A stretch of 62,480 bases of DNA, the filler included, from Sphacelaria rigidula (lineage: Eukaryota): the NCBI GenBank assembly GCA_964200075.2. It is 8 parts of 8 records of this genome, joined end to end, with 100 filler letters (N's around TTAATTAATTAA, not from the genome) between each part and the next. Parts side by side here need not be neighbours in the genome. Positions count along the whole stretch, not along the records: positions 23,471 to 31,193 come from CAXNAA020013666.1; positions 31,294 to 39,016 come from CAXNAA020013667.1; 6 more parts are not named here. One strand, given 5' to 3'. The translations under genes and the position numbers were made by a program. The notes below the pieces were generated by a model. The model was not told the DNA's origin. It saw only the letters and a program-made list of their open reading frames with translations, and did no database searches. Numbering within the stretch: the first letter of the stretch is position 1; each line of letters begins with the position of its first letter. This document shows positions 23,921 through 37,605 of the stretch, in pieces.

Positions 23921-25416
23921 TGGGGAGGAGGGGATAGGCACGCGATGTGTCGGTGAGTAGTGTCGGTGAGTAGTTTGTCAATCACGTGCCCAAATGTCAC
24001 GTCCCAACTCGAAAATTGAGTCGCCCATGACGGAATTTCTGTTTTGACTGAAATCTTCGAGCGGAGGATTCGCCAATATCGCCACGCGCAGATCAATTTG
24101 ATACAGTTGGGGCCCGAAATTTTGACACGCGACAAGTAAGGTATTCGCCGGACGCATAGCGAACAGTCCTGTTTGCCGACACGAGGATGCGGGACGCGAT
24201 AGCTCCGAGAATACCTTACTTTCGCGTGCGAGGTTGCATGTTACCGCGGGGCAGCCCCGGGGCACATCTTGAGCTGCAAAGGTTCGTCTCGCAGTGTTTT
24301 CATCTCGCGGTACCGGTCACCATCGAGGCTCCTCTGCCGTGCGCATGTTATCGTGGTTGTGCGTGCGTAAAAACAACGAGAATGTTCTCGATTGGATCGG
24401 TAAATAGCAGCCACTCGACTAAGCACACAGAAAAAATGCACATACTGCGGCATATCGACATGGGGGAGCACATCGGCCAAGAACAAAGCTGGGAAGCTAA
24501 GGATATATATTTCAGCAGGAAACCGTGCCTTACTTGTTCTTGGCACACTTGCAAAAACCAAATTCGTATTCTCCCGTGTATCGCCGCGTTTCTATTTCAT
24601 CACGTTTTGGTGTGGTGTTGTGTGTGCCTTGTTTGCTATGTGAAGGGCAAGCAGATCCTGATACAGCAGTACACGGGAAGGACCGGTACACCCGCTGCGA
24701 TTTCATTCAGTATTGCACGCAACGGAGTCATAGCACAGGGGTGTGATGTGTGCGTTGAAAATACCAAGTATCGCCGACATGCTATTATTCAGTATTGAAC
24801 ATATCGGAGCTATCCTACAGGCGTGTCCATAAAAATATAAATAGACGGAACCAAATGATTCACTTCAACTCTGCACAGCAGTCGAAGCCATCGTACAAGT
24901 CTGAGCCATCGCACATGTCGGAGATATCACAGAGGGGCGCGATAAAAGGCACGTTAGGGATTAATTTTCAAAAAACGATCGCGCACTGCGCACTGACTCG
25001 CTGTTTTACGGGTATCAGTGCGCCTGGATCGGACGATTACGTCAATACCTTCATTTACATCGACCGAGTTACGAACATCCGGCACATGGCTCTCTCGGCC
25101 AGCCCAGCCAGCAGTCTCGAGTTGTACGGAGCCCGTCGTTCTCAATTTGCCATATAGCCCTTGGATTGTACGTACAGGGACTCGACAGAGACGTGTGCGC
25201 GTATTCTTAAGATGAATCGTCCCGATAAATCCCCCAAACAAAGTTCGTTCGGACACACAATGACTCAAGTACAACACATCGAAAATGGGCCGGAGGGCGG
25301 GGTGGGTTATTCCGCAAGGAAGCAGAACATAACATTCACATGAAGGACGCGAGACGAAGAACAAGTTGGCTGGTGCAGTAGGGACAGTAGCGTGGATTTT
25401 GGAATACAGACATGGA

Positions 25417-25490
25417 GCTCTCGTAGCTCAGTTGGTTAGAGCGGTTGCTTAGTAAGCAGCAGGTCCATGGTTCAACTCCGTGCGGGAGCT
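25417..25490 (+). tRNA. tRNA-Thr-AGT: tRNA-Thr (anticodon AGT)
   Basis: Full cloverleaf: acceptor GCTCTCG/CGGGAGC; D-arm GCTC-AGTTGGTTA-GAGC; anticodon arm GTTGC-TTAGTAA-GCAGC; T-arm CATGG-TTCAACT-CCGTG. Followed by T-runs (Pol III terminator). Confidence 0.9.
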
Positions 25491-25509
25491 TTTCCTTTTC
25501 GATGCCGCC

Positions 25510-25584
25510 GCGGCCCGGTGGTGTAATGGGACAACCGTCGCCGTTCGAGTCGGGGAAACGTGGGTTCGACTCCGGCTAGTTGCG
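25510..25584 (+). pseudogene. tRNA-like pseudogene or SINE head
   Basis: A box TGGTGTAATGG and B box GGTTCGACTCC at tRNA spacing, but acceptor, D and T stems are poorly paired. T7 run ~11 nt downstream. Confidence 0.55.
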
Positions 25585-26214
25585 TCTAGTTCTGCTTTTT
25601 TTCTAAAAAGACGTTTGATTCTGTGTTGAGAAAAAATGGCGCTTCGAGTAGGAGCGTGTAGAAATCTCACAGATGTTTATGCTGGTTGAAGTATGCCGAG
25701 ATCATTCTAGAAAACATAACATGAGCCTTTTGGAACCCTCCCCTCCCGTCCCCGGGCCAGACGCTTCATTATTTCGGATTCTGACGAAGACAATATGGAA
25801 ACAAAAAAGACCGACGGCAAACATTTTTACTGTGCACCGAAAATAAAGCCCCGGAGCGGTCGGGTTGGGTTTGTCCAATAATACCATGCAACGGGCGAAG
25901 TGTGTCCAATTGTATGCATCGACAGAACCCTCGAAAAACAGTACAAGCTCTCGTATGTGATCGTCAGTGGGATATACGTCAAATTGAGTTCGGTGCACGA
26001 ATATGCCACATCAGTGTACTTGAACTTGAAGTGGTGCACTAGTATACTCGAAATTAGACTGGTGCATCGTTTCGGTGGGCTGCATTCGCAAGACTTGACG
26101 AGCGTACGAGCTGGTTCACGGTGAACACACAAAATTGTGAGGACAAAATTGTGTCACCAGTCACACCAAAATTATGTCATCAGCTAATGCCTTCCGCAAT
26201 ACGCACCCAATAGC

Positions 26215-26390
26215 CGCATATATAGTATCATACTGACTGCAATGAAGAGACGAAGAGGGTGACATGGCCAGATTTTTGTTTGAGGCCGTAGCGGTGGCGC
26301 TATAAACGAAAATGTGTCTCAACCAATCAGCGCCCTTCAAACTGTTTCGAGATCGAAATGACGAATTCCAAGCCCAATTTTCACATAATC
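26215..26390 (-). repeat. Interspersed repeat shared with ~47980-48150
   Basis: Reverse complement aligns with GAAATTCGTACATTTCGAGAACAATTTCAGGGGCGCTGATTGGTCGAGGCACC...GCGCCACCGCTATGGCCT in another contig. Confidence 0.75.
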
Positions 26391-26699
26391 TCCACATGCT
26401 TCAAATCGTAGTAACCGTCATCGGCACGGGAGTGGAACGAGAAAAACGTATTTTTTAAACGGTTACTACGGGGTCGAATTATACCCAAAACCGTGATGTT
26501 TCGGTGATGCCGGGTGTTGGCGTCGTCTCATTTGCACCGATGATATGGCCGAAAAAGCCACGGAGCCTCGTCACGGTGTCCCCTATAGATGTCGTAGAAA
26601 CGCTCAGATCGCCCTCAAACTTGGCAGATCCGTAGGTATTGATGCTCAAAATGAAAAATTATAATCTGGACAATATTTCATGGTTTCTCCGTTCTCTAC

Positions 26700-27780
26700 T
26701 GGCTTCCGGGGGTCCCAGTGTGAAGACCCCCGGAAGGTGGTACAGAATGCCCTGAAAGTAAAATAACAAAATAATGCATCCCCGGATAGTCCGACGAACG
26801 CATGTATGAAGTTTGGTGGAGAAAATCGAAAAGCTCATCCAGTTTTTCTTGCCTTGACGTCAAATTCACCCCAAAATTAGGAGTTGCACGTTTCAAGCCC
26901 ACGTCCTCCACAAACGCGCAAACTTTCACGCCGTTATTAGGAGTTAGATCCTGAACCTTTGCACAAATATGCCATGTATCATGACGCAACTTGCTACGAA
27001 CGAGTTTTTTTTACTTCTTGACTTTTCCACCGTTTTTCGGGGGTCTGACGGGATCAAAGTCGTTTCCCGAAGTAGTCTCCATTCTGGGACCCCGGAAAAT
27101 CGGCACCACCATTTTTCTTCTTCATTTTTTCGCGCACAATTTGTCACCGCATAACCCAAGGAAGGGCCCCACAAAATTTCGGCGCAGAACTCCATTAACT
27201 GATGCTTGAATCTCCATGTACACGTCGAAAAAGGCTCAAAGACGCCGGTTTGGTACAAGAATCAAGTAGTTTGCGGTTTCACTGCGGTACGCCACGGTTC
27301 ATCGCACGAAAGCGAAAAGCCTCACGCCGTTTTAAAGAGTTAGACCCTGAATTTTTGCACAGCTGTTCTATGGGTCGGCAAGCACAGATTTTTGCGCACG
27401 AACGTTTGTTCAGCGGCCAGTCTCGAAACCTCGGAGCCAAGCGAATCTGAGGAGCTGACTAGGCTCCCCTCTGTGCGGTGATGCAAAGTGTCCGAGACGT
27501 GTGTTGGCGGTTTTCCCTGTTTAGGGGTCAAAAGGTGGGTCAAACGTACCACAAGGGAACAATCCGTGGGCCAAAAATCTGTTTGCCACAACATCCTGCC
27601 TTGGGCGCTGAAATTTGGACACAACATTTTCATCACTACGCACAACATTTCTGGGGATGCCAAGAAAAAAAAAACAGGAAACTAGAGCAATTTGAAGTTT
27701 CTGCAAAAACTATAAAAATGCTGTTAACTCCGTGAAAAAAAAATATGCGGAGGCATCCCCAGAAATGTTGTGCATCCTTG
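26700..27780. mobile_element. Cluster of nested, decayed foldback/MITE pieces
   Basis: Inverted pair TTCCGGGG(G)TCCCAG at ~26705 and ~27085-27098. Perfect 22-bp inverted pair GCACAACATTTCTGGGGATGCC at 27640-27661 and 27752-27773. Motif GAGTTAGAYCCTGAA shared with the 16095 MITE. Confidence 0.55.
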
Positions 27781-27923
27781 TGTGGAGGAGATCCTAGGGC
27801 AATTTCGGCCAGAAAAAAAAATGAAATTTGGCACAGCATCCAATTAGTCGCGGGGCACGCGGTGGTCAAACTGGTAGAACCGCCTCTTATTACAGAGGTC
27901 ACGAGTTCGAAACCCGACACGAC
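27781..27923 (+). repeat. Interspersed repeat with an internal tRNA-like B box; second copy at ~55450-55598 (-)
   Basis: The copies share GTGGARGAGATCCT..GCAATT.CGGCCA, GAAATTTGGCRCAGCATCCAA and GAGGTCAYGAGTTCGAAWCCCGAC. Confidence 0.7.
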
Positions 27924-30900
27924 AATTTTGTTTTGGCGCATCATCTGGAATAGCGCCTCGCATCTGGGGGGTGTATAGCGCAGTTTGAGGGAGTGCTTCT
28001 CCCTCTTACGGTGGTAAATGACCGTCGGCTAGGAGGTTCTTTCCCATGATGGAGTTGTTGACGACCTTGATGCCATCTTGCAGCACTACTCGTACCAGTG
28101 TGCTTTTGCCTACGCATGTCGAGTCTTCGCGCGTCTGTCCGGCGCAATTCCCTACCGTGATTCCACCGCATTTCGTGAAACAGAACGTCTCCAGACACGC
28201 TATCACGTAACGAAACCACACGTTCCCGGTACTCAATGCAGTACGAAAACATCACCGCCAAAACTTCGCAAATCGACCAGAGGGGATGCCGTGCATCACT
28301 AGGGTTGGTCTGCAGTTCACAGCGATATGCTCAAGTCGAGCTGATTTCGTAAACTTGAGTTATGGTTTGACATGCACATGCGAGATGTATTGCTGGCCCA
28401 GCTACTTGCAATAAAATTTCTGCTGAAAGAGGTGGCTGAGAAGTAAGGCCAGGACGCTGCAAGACGTTTCGCAGAAGAAGCTGCAAGAGCGGTTGAGGCA
28501 GCCCATTGCCCCCCGGCGCACACCGCCCCTCCCACTCGCCTACCCCACGTGAACACAAAAACCGCGGCGAAAGAAACCGCTGCGAGGCACGTAGGATTAT
28601 ATCGGCGACACCAGGCGGGCGTGATTGCAAGCGTCCACACAGGCGATATAGTAGCAAACGGTCGACAACAGGCCGGGGCAGCCTTTCGCAACCAGCCAAA
28701 CTAAACTACAACTACAGTCAGTAAACACACTTCATTTCTGTCCAGTATAACTGAATAACGATGTTACGGTCTCCCATGTAAGAAGACACAAGGTGTCTAA
28801 TGTCATTGCATGAAACCCCAACGCCGCCCACGAGGACAGACGATCCGAACGCGAGAGCGCCAACCGGAGCAATACACCTGACGCAGCACAAAGTACGGCT
28901 GTGTAACGTTCAGGCGTGATCTACCCGCAGTAAAGAGATGGCGTCGTGGAAACGTACAGCACAAAGCACAGGATAAGATATGCCGTGCGATCGCAGCCTA
29001 TGAATTGACAGCCTGTATCGGATACGCCAAAGTGACGGCCCCCGCCTATGGTGCACCAGGGGTGTGTATCACGGCAGGGTACATGACATCCACGTCGCCG
29101 TTATGGGATGATCAAACCGGAGTATGGTGTCGTATAAACGCGCACGACGGAGTACAGTAGCGTGCATGACGTGAGTTTACACTTAAAAGACGCTGAAAAT
29201 ATCATCATAATCACACGCAGTATAGAGGAGTAGGTAAAACACATTCCCACAGGGCCTCACGGCGACTGTCTCCGCATACAGACAGTCGACGGGGGCATAA
29301 CTGAGGTGAATGTGCCGTCGGCGTCGCCTTTGCCATTGCAACTTGGGCGCAGCCTTGTTATGATGCGGCACAAAGCATCAGCTACAAGGGGGAGGGCGTG
29401 CAGGTGCGGCGTGAAGATTGCACGGTTAGGACGACTTAACTCGTGATTCAACTCATGTTCATCATTTCAACGAATAAATCATACTATTCGTACATCAATT
29501 GTATTTCAAATAGCTTCTCAGCCCGTGCGCCGTGCAGTACATGTCAAAGGTACCTTGCTTCTTACCTTCCATGACTACTAGGGTAAATAATGGGCACATA
29601 GTCAACCCCTGCACTGCAAATTTGAATCTATCGATTGTACATACCGCGCACTTCTCACCACCATGAGTCGCGAACGTCATGTACAACTTGCTTGACGAAG
29701 TCGTTCGAGGTGGGCCCCCGTATATTTTTTCCACTTTCGGGCTAATGCGGGACCAACAACTTGTACAGGTTGAATCTTCACTTCCGATGGGCCCTGAACC
29801 NNNNNNNNNNGTTATCCACCCTCGACTCAGCGGGACCAACAGTTTATACAGTATGACTGCTTTCACATCATGAGGAGTCGACTCGTATGAACTCTGATTC
29901 GTCCTAACCGTGGATGATTGCTTCACGGAGGCCAGCCGTGCACTCTGGTCGGGGTTAGAAAACACCGACGGGTCGAACATTCCACCAAAACCGTAGAATA
30001 ACAAACCTTCTTTACTTCCACGTTCCATTCGCACAGGTCTGAAAAACCAAAACGATTCGGACGAATCGTTTGCTCGAAGGCTGTAGAAAAACAATCATTT
30101 CTTACCCGAAAAACCTTCATTTGTAAATCGTCAATTTTCCATGAACGGTCCCAAAGAGGGTTCATTTCCTTGAATAAATGTGTACTTGATTAATGCACCC
30201 TGTACAAATGTTAGGACAAGCCCCGCTCAGTGTGGGGAGCAGACGTGGGATGACGGAGGGGGAAGGTTACTTACAGGTGAGTGGTGATAAAGAAAGTGGG
30301 ATTCCAGTCGAGGTTTTGCGAGAACCGGGAGATGGTTGTGGTGTGACTACCAGCTGATGCGAGCACCTCGATTTTTCGTTGCGAACTACATGACGTCCAC
30401 ACAAGCGTCAACGGAAGCTGATGCCGCCGGAGGTATCTGAACCCCGCGGTTCGTGTCGCCTTTGTTTGAGTTTTCCTCTCGTCCTCCCGTGGTGACTTCT
30501 GAGGCTGGAGACGCTCATCAATGAGTTTTGTTTTTGCTGTGTCGCGGGGCATGGCGGCACGGTTGGGGGTTCTTCCCCCGGGAATCGGATTTCCCCTCAC
30601 AGCGGTTCTTACCGAGGGCTGGGTTTCCCCGCAATCGTGTTCGTGATGGTATTAAATCCGCTGTTTTTATCTTGTTCGAGCTGACGATTTGAGTTTCCCG
30701 TCCGCCTTCCTCTGGATGTGTGTGAGGCTGGGGACGTTTGTATTTAATTGCGTTGTGCCTCCTGGCGCCACTGTTGAGGGTATTCCTCCCTAGGAATCGG
30801 GTTTTCCCTCACCAATATTTTCACCGACGGTCGGGTTCCCCCCCCCGGAGTGTCGGCGTTGTGGTATTCTGTTTTTCGCACATGTTTTCTGACCACCCGC

Positions 30901-31193
30901 CCGATGCTGTCGACGGAAGAAGCGACACAGGAGAGTGTTTTGATGGCAAGGTTGAACAGGCACGTGTTTGGTTATGGAGTCGGCGTTTCCTGCGATGGCA
31001 ATCCTTCTGTAGTCGTGTGCCGCTCGCCCTCCCGTGGTTGTATATGAGGCTGTGGACAATTTCATATTCTCGCGTCGCGGCGCATGGCGCCACTGCCCAG
31101 GAAGGGGGGGGGGGGGGGGGCAAATGCCAAAAAACTCATGGCATGTTACAAGAAGGTGACACAACGGTCGGCCACAAAACCGGACGCGGCCCC

Positions 31194-31293
31194 NNNNNNN
31201 NNNNNNNNNNNNNNNNNNNNNNNNNNNNNNNNNNNNNTTAATTAATTAANNNNNNNNNNNNNNNNNNNNNNNNNNNNNNNNNNNNNNNNNNNN
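31194..31293. other. Artificial contig spacer
   Basis: 44 N + TTAATTAATTAA + 44 N. Confidence 0.98.
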
Positions 31294-31668
31294 TTCCGAT
31301 ATGGTTCATGCCTATCTGTTCCTGCGTGAGGTCCAGCGGACCCCGCGCACGTCGACCTCCACCAAGTCGACCAAAAATGTGGATCTAATGAAGTGCAATA
31401 CACCCCACAATCACAGTACACGGTAATGCCGTGTGGTGATACCTAACGATATAGTCGATATTGCGAGAACAGTGCACAGTGTGCGACAAAGGTTCACGAG
31501 TGCAGTGTCATTCATCGCCCTTCAAGCCAGCGACAGCAGAGGGTAGGATATGACAGTACCGTCTGCTGTGGTTCACACAGACATTAGCGCAGTGCAGCAT
31601 GAAATATTACCATCGCGCCAGGGTACGGCGCCAACACTTCTTATTCGCTTCTTAAACCCCGTGCGAAG

Positions 31669-31925
31669 CGTATTCCTTGGCTCAGGCACAGGGTAATGGT
31701 TTCAGATCTTGTAGAGAAGAGCACCCACGTTCTACTTCAGCTTGGGAGGGTGCTGATGAGATTGTGGATAGATGAATTAGAATGATCAAAGGTGGCGGAC
31801 TGCTCCGTTGCTCTCAGCCGTACTGTACCACATTTGCACACGCTTGACTATCGGTACTCGTACGTCACCACGACCCCCGGTTCTACGTAGATCCATCATT
31901 ACTGGGTATCTGAATCACTAGAACA
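31669..31925 (-). repeat. 3' LTR
   Basis: Minus strand reads TGTTCTAGTG...GGAATACG. Ungapped match to 37631-37887 with 24 mismatches by hand count (~91%). Preceded by AGGGGGGG PPT. Confidence 0.95.
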
Positions 31926-32231
31926 CCCCCCCTGATCGGATACCTCAACACTCAAAGCTAAAAAAACAAATTAAGGAGGTAACTCGGCCTTCCGAGAAAA
32001 AAACCCCATCACACAAACTCCACCGCTTGTGCTCAAAACAAACAGCCCTTTTTCACAGACGCCTAGGCCAGGGCACCTGCACTCAACAACGGGAAACGCC
32101 CTACCAACCCATGCCCTACAAAGTAGCGTGAGCGGCTTCACCCGATGTAAGCGCAGATGCATTACGGAAACGATGACCTGAAACATCTCGAGCTGAAAAA
32201 TCGAAAGACATACACAAAACAAAATATGTGT

Positions 32232-35200
32232 CTACTCGCTGTCCCCAGTGTTCATCAAGGCGCGACGGTGCCTGTTGAACAGCGTGAATGGGGGCGGCTT
32301 AGTAAGGATATCAGCGTGTTGCCACTCCATATCCACATGAACAATTCTTACTGCTCCCGTCCTAACCGAGTCCCTAATAAAATGCCACCTCACGTCGATG
32401 TGCTTACTTCGACCTGAGCTAAGAGGGTTGTCGGCTAGAGCCTTAGCCCCCTCATTGTCTTCAAAGAGAACAATATCGTACTCGACTTGTCGTCCCAACA
32501 CGACATTCGGTCGTAGGAAAGATAGTACCGACCTGACAAACATGCATTCTTTCGCCCCTTCCGCCATAGCTACGTACTCGGCCTCGGTGGTTCACAGGGT
32601 AACGCAGTGTTGTGTTCGGCTAGTACTTGATACTGCTATTCCCCCGAACATGACCGCTACACCGGTGACTGACCGCCGGTCTGTATCTTTCTTGGCGTAA
32701 TCAGCGTCACAATAAACTGTGAGCCTACTCTCCCCTGACCTAAACGTCAGACCGTACTTTCTGATCGTGTTGAGGTACGCCAGAACTTTCAACACCCCTC
32801 GCCAGTGTTTTTCACATGAGTCATGTGATTGTCGGGCCAAGTCTCGGGCTGCATTTGCTATGTCAGGCCTGGTTACCCCAGCTAACCACATCAAACCTCC
32901 CACGGCACTCCGGTATGGCCTATCTAAAACCTTGTCACCTTGCTTCACTTGTCCCAAATCTACAGACACTGATGCGGAATTATCAGAAAATTCCGTAACC
33001 TCGAAATGCTTCAGTATGGTGTCGACAAAGGTCGTCTGATTCACGTACATGGTACATCTTTTCCAATTCCTTTCTATGGCACCCCCCATATACCATTGGA
33101 CTTCACCCAAGTTGCTCGTCGGGAATCCGTTGCTGAGGATATTACATACCCTGTCCACTCTTTTCGTTTCTCCCCTAATGAGAATGTCGTCCACATGCAC
33201 AACAAGTATGACACACACTTCCCCCCTTTCCTCCAGTCTGTACACACACGGGTCAGCCTTACTTTGCGACATTTTTACATCCTCCATCAGGTTTTTGTTC
33301 AGGAGGAGGGACCATTGCCTTCCTGCTTGTTTCACGCCGTATATAGATTTTTCTAGCCTTACCGTGCTACCTGTCAGGGGGTCACACCCTTCTGGGAGCT
33401 TCATGATCACGTTCGTGTACATTTTGGCTCGTACAAAAGCCTGGGTAACATCGAAGTGATATAGTGGCTATCCTCTTTGTACTGCCACGTCCATGACCAA
33501 TTTTATTGATGTCATGGCCGGGGTGGCTGCGAACGTCTCAAAATAATCCACCGCGAATCTCTAACCAAACCCACGCGCCACTAATCTAGCTTTCGCTTTA
33601 GTTACAGTACCATTAGCGTCGATTTTCCAGAACACCCATTTGGCTGTGATTATGTTTACTCCTTTTGGAATTCCTCTTTTTAAGAATGTACCGGCGGTTT
33701 CATGCCCGTTCAGTTCTGCACGCATGGCACTCAACCATATTGCCTTGTATTCCGACTTTTCTCTGTCTTCTACTGATACAGGGGGAGTTTCTACATCTCT
33801 CACGTGCAGACTGATGAGGGAACGCAAACCAAAACTGGGCTCCTCCTCCGTCCCGTTTTCGGCTGAGAAACGAAAATACTCCTGCTTCTTCGATCAGCAT
33901 GGCCGCACTGCCTCCCACCTCTGGTCCGGCTGCTGCAGTGATCAGCTCCGTCATCCCGCACTTATCCTCTGCCATTCCACACAGCACAGTCTCCGCTTGA
34001 GCCTTCGCCTGGACCCTTGCCATCGCGCGGGAGGAAATTTCGTTTCTTTCCCACGCCATCATTCTCCTCAGTTCGTCCTCTGCCGCCGATGCTAGCTCGT
34101 TTTGGTCGGCTGCCGCTCTCGTCGCACTGCGCGTGCGACCTCCCATTTGTGGAGCCAGAGACAACTCATCGTCGAGTGCAAGACGGCGTAACTCCGTCCT
34201 TGGGATTTCGGGAGCTCCACCCCCACCCCGTTGTTGCGCTCGGGGGTGTCTACGGTTGTCGACGTTGTTGCTATCGACGTTGGCAGCGGCGATGTGGCTG
34301 TCGGCGGCGGTGTGGCTGTCGGCGTCGGCGGCGGTGATGTAGCTGCCGGTGGCGATGTGGCTGTCGGCGGTGATCCTCCGTCATCAACGAGATGTCGGAC
34401 AGGGTTGCGTAAAATCCTGCGCCCCCCCTCCGCTTCTGCAAGGAAACGGCGGGGTCATCTCACCCCCCCCCCGCCAATAGCGGGGGTCTGTTATGCCGCT
34501 TCTGCGTCCAGCTCTGGGTTGGGGAGCAAGAACGACACGTGCCGTGAACCGCGGGGTGAAGCACGCGCCTCTGGAGTTTGCCGTGCCGCGGACTCGCTGC
34601 CGGCCGTCCGGCCCTCAATCTTGTCACCCCTCGCTCCGTCGGGCGTCAGGATTGCTTGCTGTGGGGCAGGGCGAGAAGTATGGGGGACATACGCCCATGT
34701 TACGTGCCTGGTCGTGAAAGTTTGTCCTGTTTCCGCCATCACTCTCATAGCATCGCGCGGGTATCCTGGGGCTGGGCTAAGGTACCAGCACCTCTGAGCG
34801 TTTCTTTGTAACTTGTCTGTTCTCTGAACTCTACAAAATCCTGGCTTTAGAAAAGGGAAAAGGTTGTTTTCCGGTGGAACTCGGTGCCATATTTCGTGTG
34901 GCGTCTTGTTTCCCGGGTTAGCCGAGGTCGCAGTACAGTTCAAAGCATGGCATGCTCAGTTAGCCTGTTCCGCCCACAGATTCTTGCTCGTTGGGATGTT
35001 CTGGTTCGGGTACATCTCCGATGCCTGAATTTTGGCTGCAAGGCCGGCCGACTCTATGATGCCAATTGCACGCTCCGCTACGCCGTTGAACTGTGGGGAG
35101 TCAGCAATTGTTTTCTCTTGTTTCACTTTCTCTCCATCACATAGCTCCTCGAACGCCCCCTCCGAAAATTCACCTCCACCATCACTGCGGGCCTTCTGGA

Positions 35201-37605
35201 TTTTTCGCGCGTGAATTTCTGCGATGTATTTTCTAAAGTACGTTACGGACTCGTCCTTGGTGCGCAGAAAAAACAATCTAGTGTGCCGCGAGCAATGATC
35301 GCGTACTATCATCATGTACGACCTTCCTCCCCGAGATCTTACTGGGTTTGGGCCTGTGAGATCAACAAACACTCTGGAAGCTGGCTCAACTGCTCGTGTA
35401 TGGGTCGATCTTGGGATGAACTGCCGAAATCCTTTCCCTTCCGAGCATCCGCGGCACGGTCTCAACTCGCCGCGTAGCTCCACTCCGAGCTGCTTTGCAG
35501 TTCGCCGGAGCAGGTCCTCGTGAACATGCGCATGTTTGCAATGAAAATCATTTATGTCTTCAACTTGGGAGTTGGGAAGTTTCCCCGGGGCAATCACAGC
35601 GCAGACTGACGCATGCTTGTCATGACCATTCGGAAAGATGCGGTGGGCGTACATTAATAGTTGTATGTGTTGACCGGGGATCTTCAGGGTATTACCTGAC
35701 TAGACCCAATGTAGGTGTGACCCGCGTTGGACATCCTGGTCAGTGACAACAGATGGTGACGGACACAAGGTACGTGGTCTACATTTTTCAAATGCAAGAC
35801 TATATCGCGTCCGTCAGATCGTAAAGATAGAGCCAAGTTTCCTCTTCCTACGATCGGGTAGGCACCGCCGCCCGCGCACCGTAGTACCCTTCCACTGCAT
35901 TTTCTATAGTCCGTCATCATACCTGAATACGGAGAAAACTGCGAAATGACTCCCGCATCAAGTACCCGCGCTTCGCCCCCATCTGACTGTTCTACATCCC
36001 CCTTCCCAGTCGCACACGCATACTCGCCTGTGTTGACCTCGTCCACCGTCATGTCGAGGCTAGTGAACGCTTCTGCATCAGCATCCGAACAGACGGAGTC
36101 GGCGTCCACCACGTCTTCCGCCACGCCCATCACAATCGCCGCGTCCTCCACAGTCGCTGCGTCCTCCACAGTGCTCTAACAGTCAATCGAACTATGCCCT
36201 CTCTTCCCGCACCTAACACAACGCCTGTCTAGACAGTCTCTAGCCCGATGTGTGGTCATCTTCTGACAAACGTGGCACCTCCACGGAGTCGCAGCCCCCG
36301 ACTGGCTCGTTGACGATGAAGCCGGCGACTGGTTGTTTTTCCCCTGCCCCCCGTCACCTGCGCGGCCTGGGTTCTGGGTCTTCCTCGGTATACCTTTCCG
36401 GTGTGAACCGTTAGGTTTGCCGAGATGGCCCTTGACAGCAAGGGCCTTGTCGCCCAGGAGCCTTCTTCCTCTCGGCCAGTTCCTGCTTGTAAAGTGCCGA
36501 TTCGAAACGTTTTCGAACCGACGTCACTACGATTGTCCTCGTGAGTGGACCTTCGCGCTCCTCCAACGCCTGTTTTTGATAGTTATACTCGCAAGGAAGC
36601 GCATCTACAAATTTGAGGAGGCTTTGCGCCTCCGTCAGGATGATTTTGGTGTCGTATGATTGTAACTCTCTCGCCACCTCTTTCATCACGATACGTTTTT
36701 GAACAGGATCATCGCGAACTCCAATCTTCACGTGATCATACTTTTCTAGAAGAGCTAATCTAGCTCCGTTGGTCTTTGAGCTTGCGACGGTTTAAGAGGG
36801 CGCTGACTGATCAGTAGTCTTGTTAGTTGTCTCGTCAACCGTCACAGGCTGTAGAGGTCATTTACCTCACGCCACACGGCTGCTGGAGACGGAATTTGGA
36901 ACAAAACATCCCTGTCCCGTTTATGTTCGAGACTTGCCGCCAGCATTCGCCTCGCTCTCACGTTTGCAGCTACAGTGCCCTTTCCGTGCCTCCCTCCAAG
37001 ATAACTTAAGGATAACGCCTTGTTTCCCACCTCCACATCGTATGTCCTATCCTCTGACACAGTAAACACCCAATCAACTGCTTCGCTCCTAGCAAATATG
37101 ATAAGTTCGTGACTGAAGTGTTGAACTCTGAACCCTTTACAGAGAACTTAGGTACCGTTGCCTTGAAAACCGGGACCCTAGAAATATTTCGGACACTTTG
37201 TCGGTCGTGACCGAACATTGCGACGGACTCACTTGCGGGGTCTGCACCCCTTACTCCGTCGCTCACTGTCCTGTGGTCGCTCCCGCTCGGAGCTCAACGC
37301 TCGCCCTCTCGGCTACCTTGTCGCCCGTGAGGTGTGCTGTGGCTGGCTGAGTTGTCAGTCTGGTGTTGTTGTGTTGCTTGATCTTCGCTGTCGACGACGC
37401 CACTCCACCTCGCGCCTCCGGATTCACGACCTTCGATGCCATCTACCCTACCCTGTACTACAGTCTGTGTAGATTGTACATATTTTACCATCTCTGTCAG
37501 TGTGCTGAACTGACCACTGAAGAGACTCATCATACTTTCAAGCTGACTCGTCAGCGCGTCTAATCTTCCTTCTGAAGACGGAGCGTTACCATCGTTCCTC
37601 GCCAT
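32232..37605 (-). pseudogene. Copia gag-pol polyprotein with multiple stops and frameshifts
   Basis: Gag start MARNDG (37605); twin knuckles CHVCQKMTTHRARDC and CVRCGKRGHSSIDC; protease VLDAG; integrase HCKHAH..CRGC, VFVDLTGP, RSDGGGEF, NGVAERA; RT KARLVARGF, YGVKQAGRQW, VHVDDI; RNase H YCDADYA, EAEYVA, RSKHIDVRWHF, QHADILTK. Confidence 0.96.

Noticed and set aside
33006-37563. Plus-strand ORFs inside the Copia element
   Set aside because: Antisense shadows of gag-pol, including the Pro/Thr-rich linker repeat at ~34250-34375.
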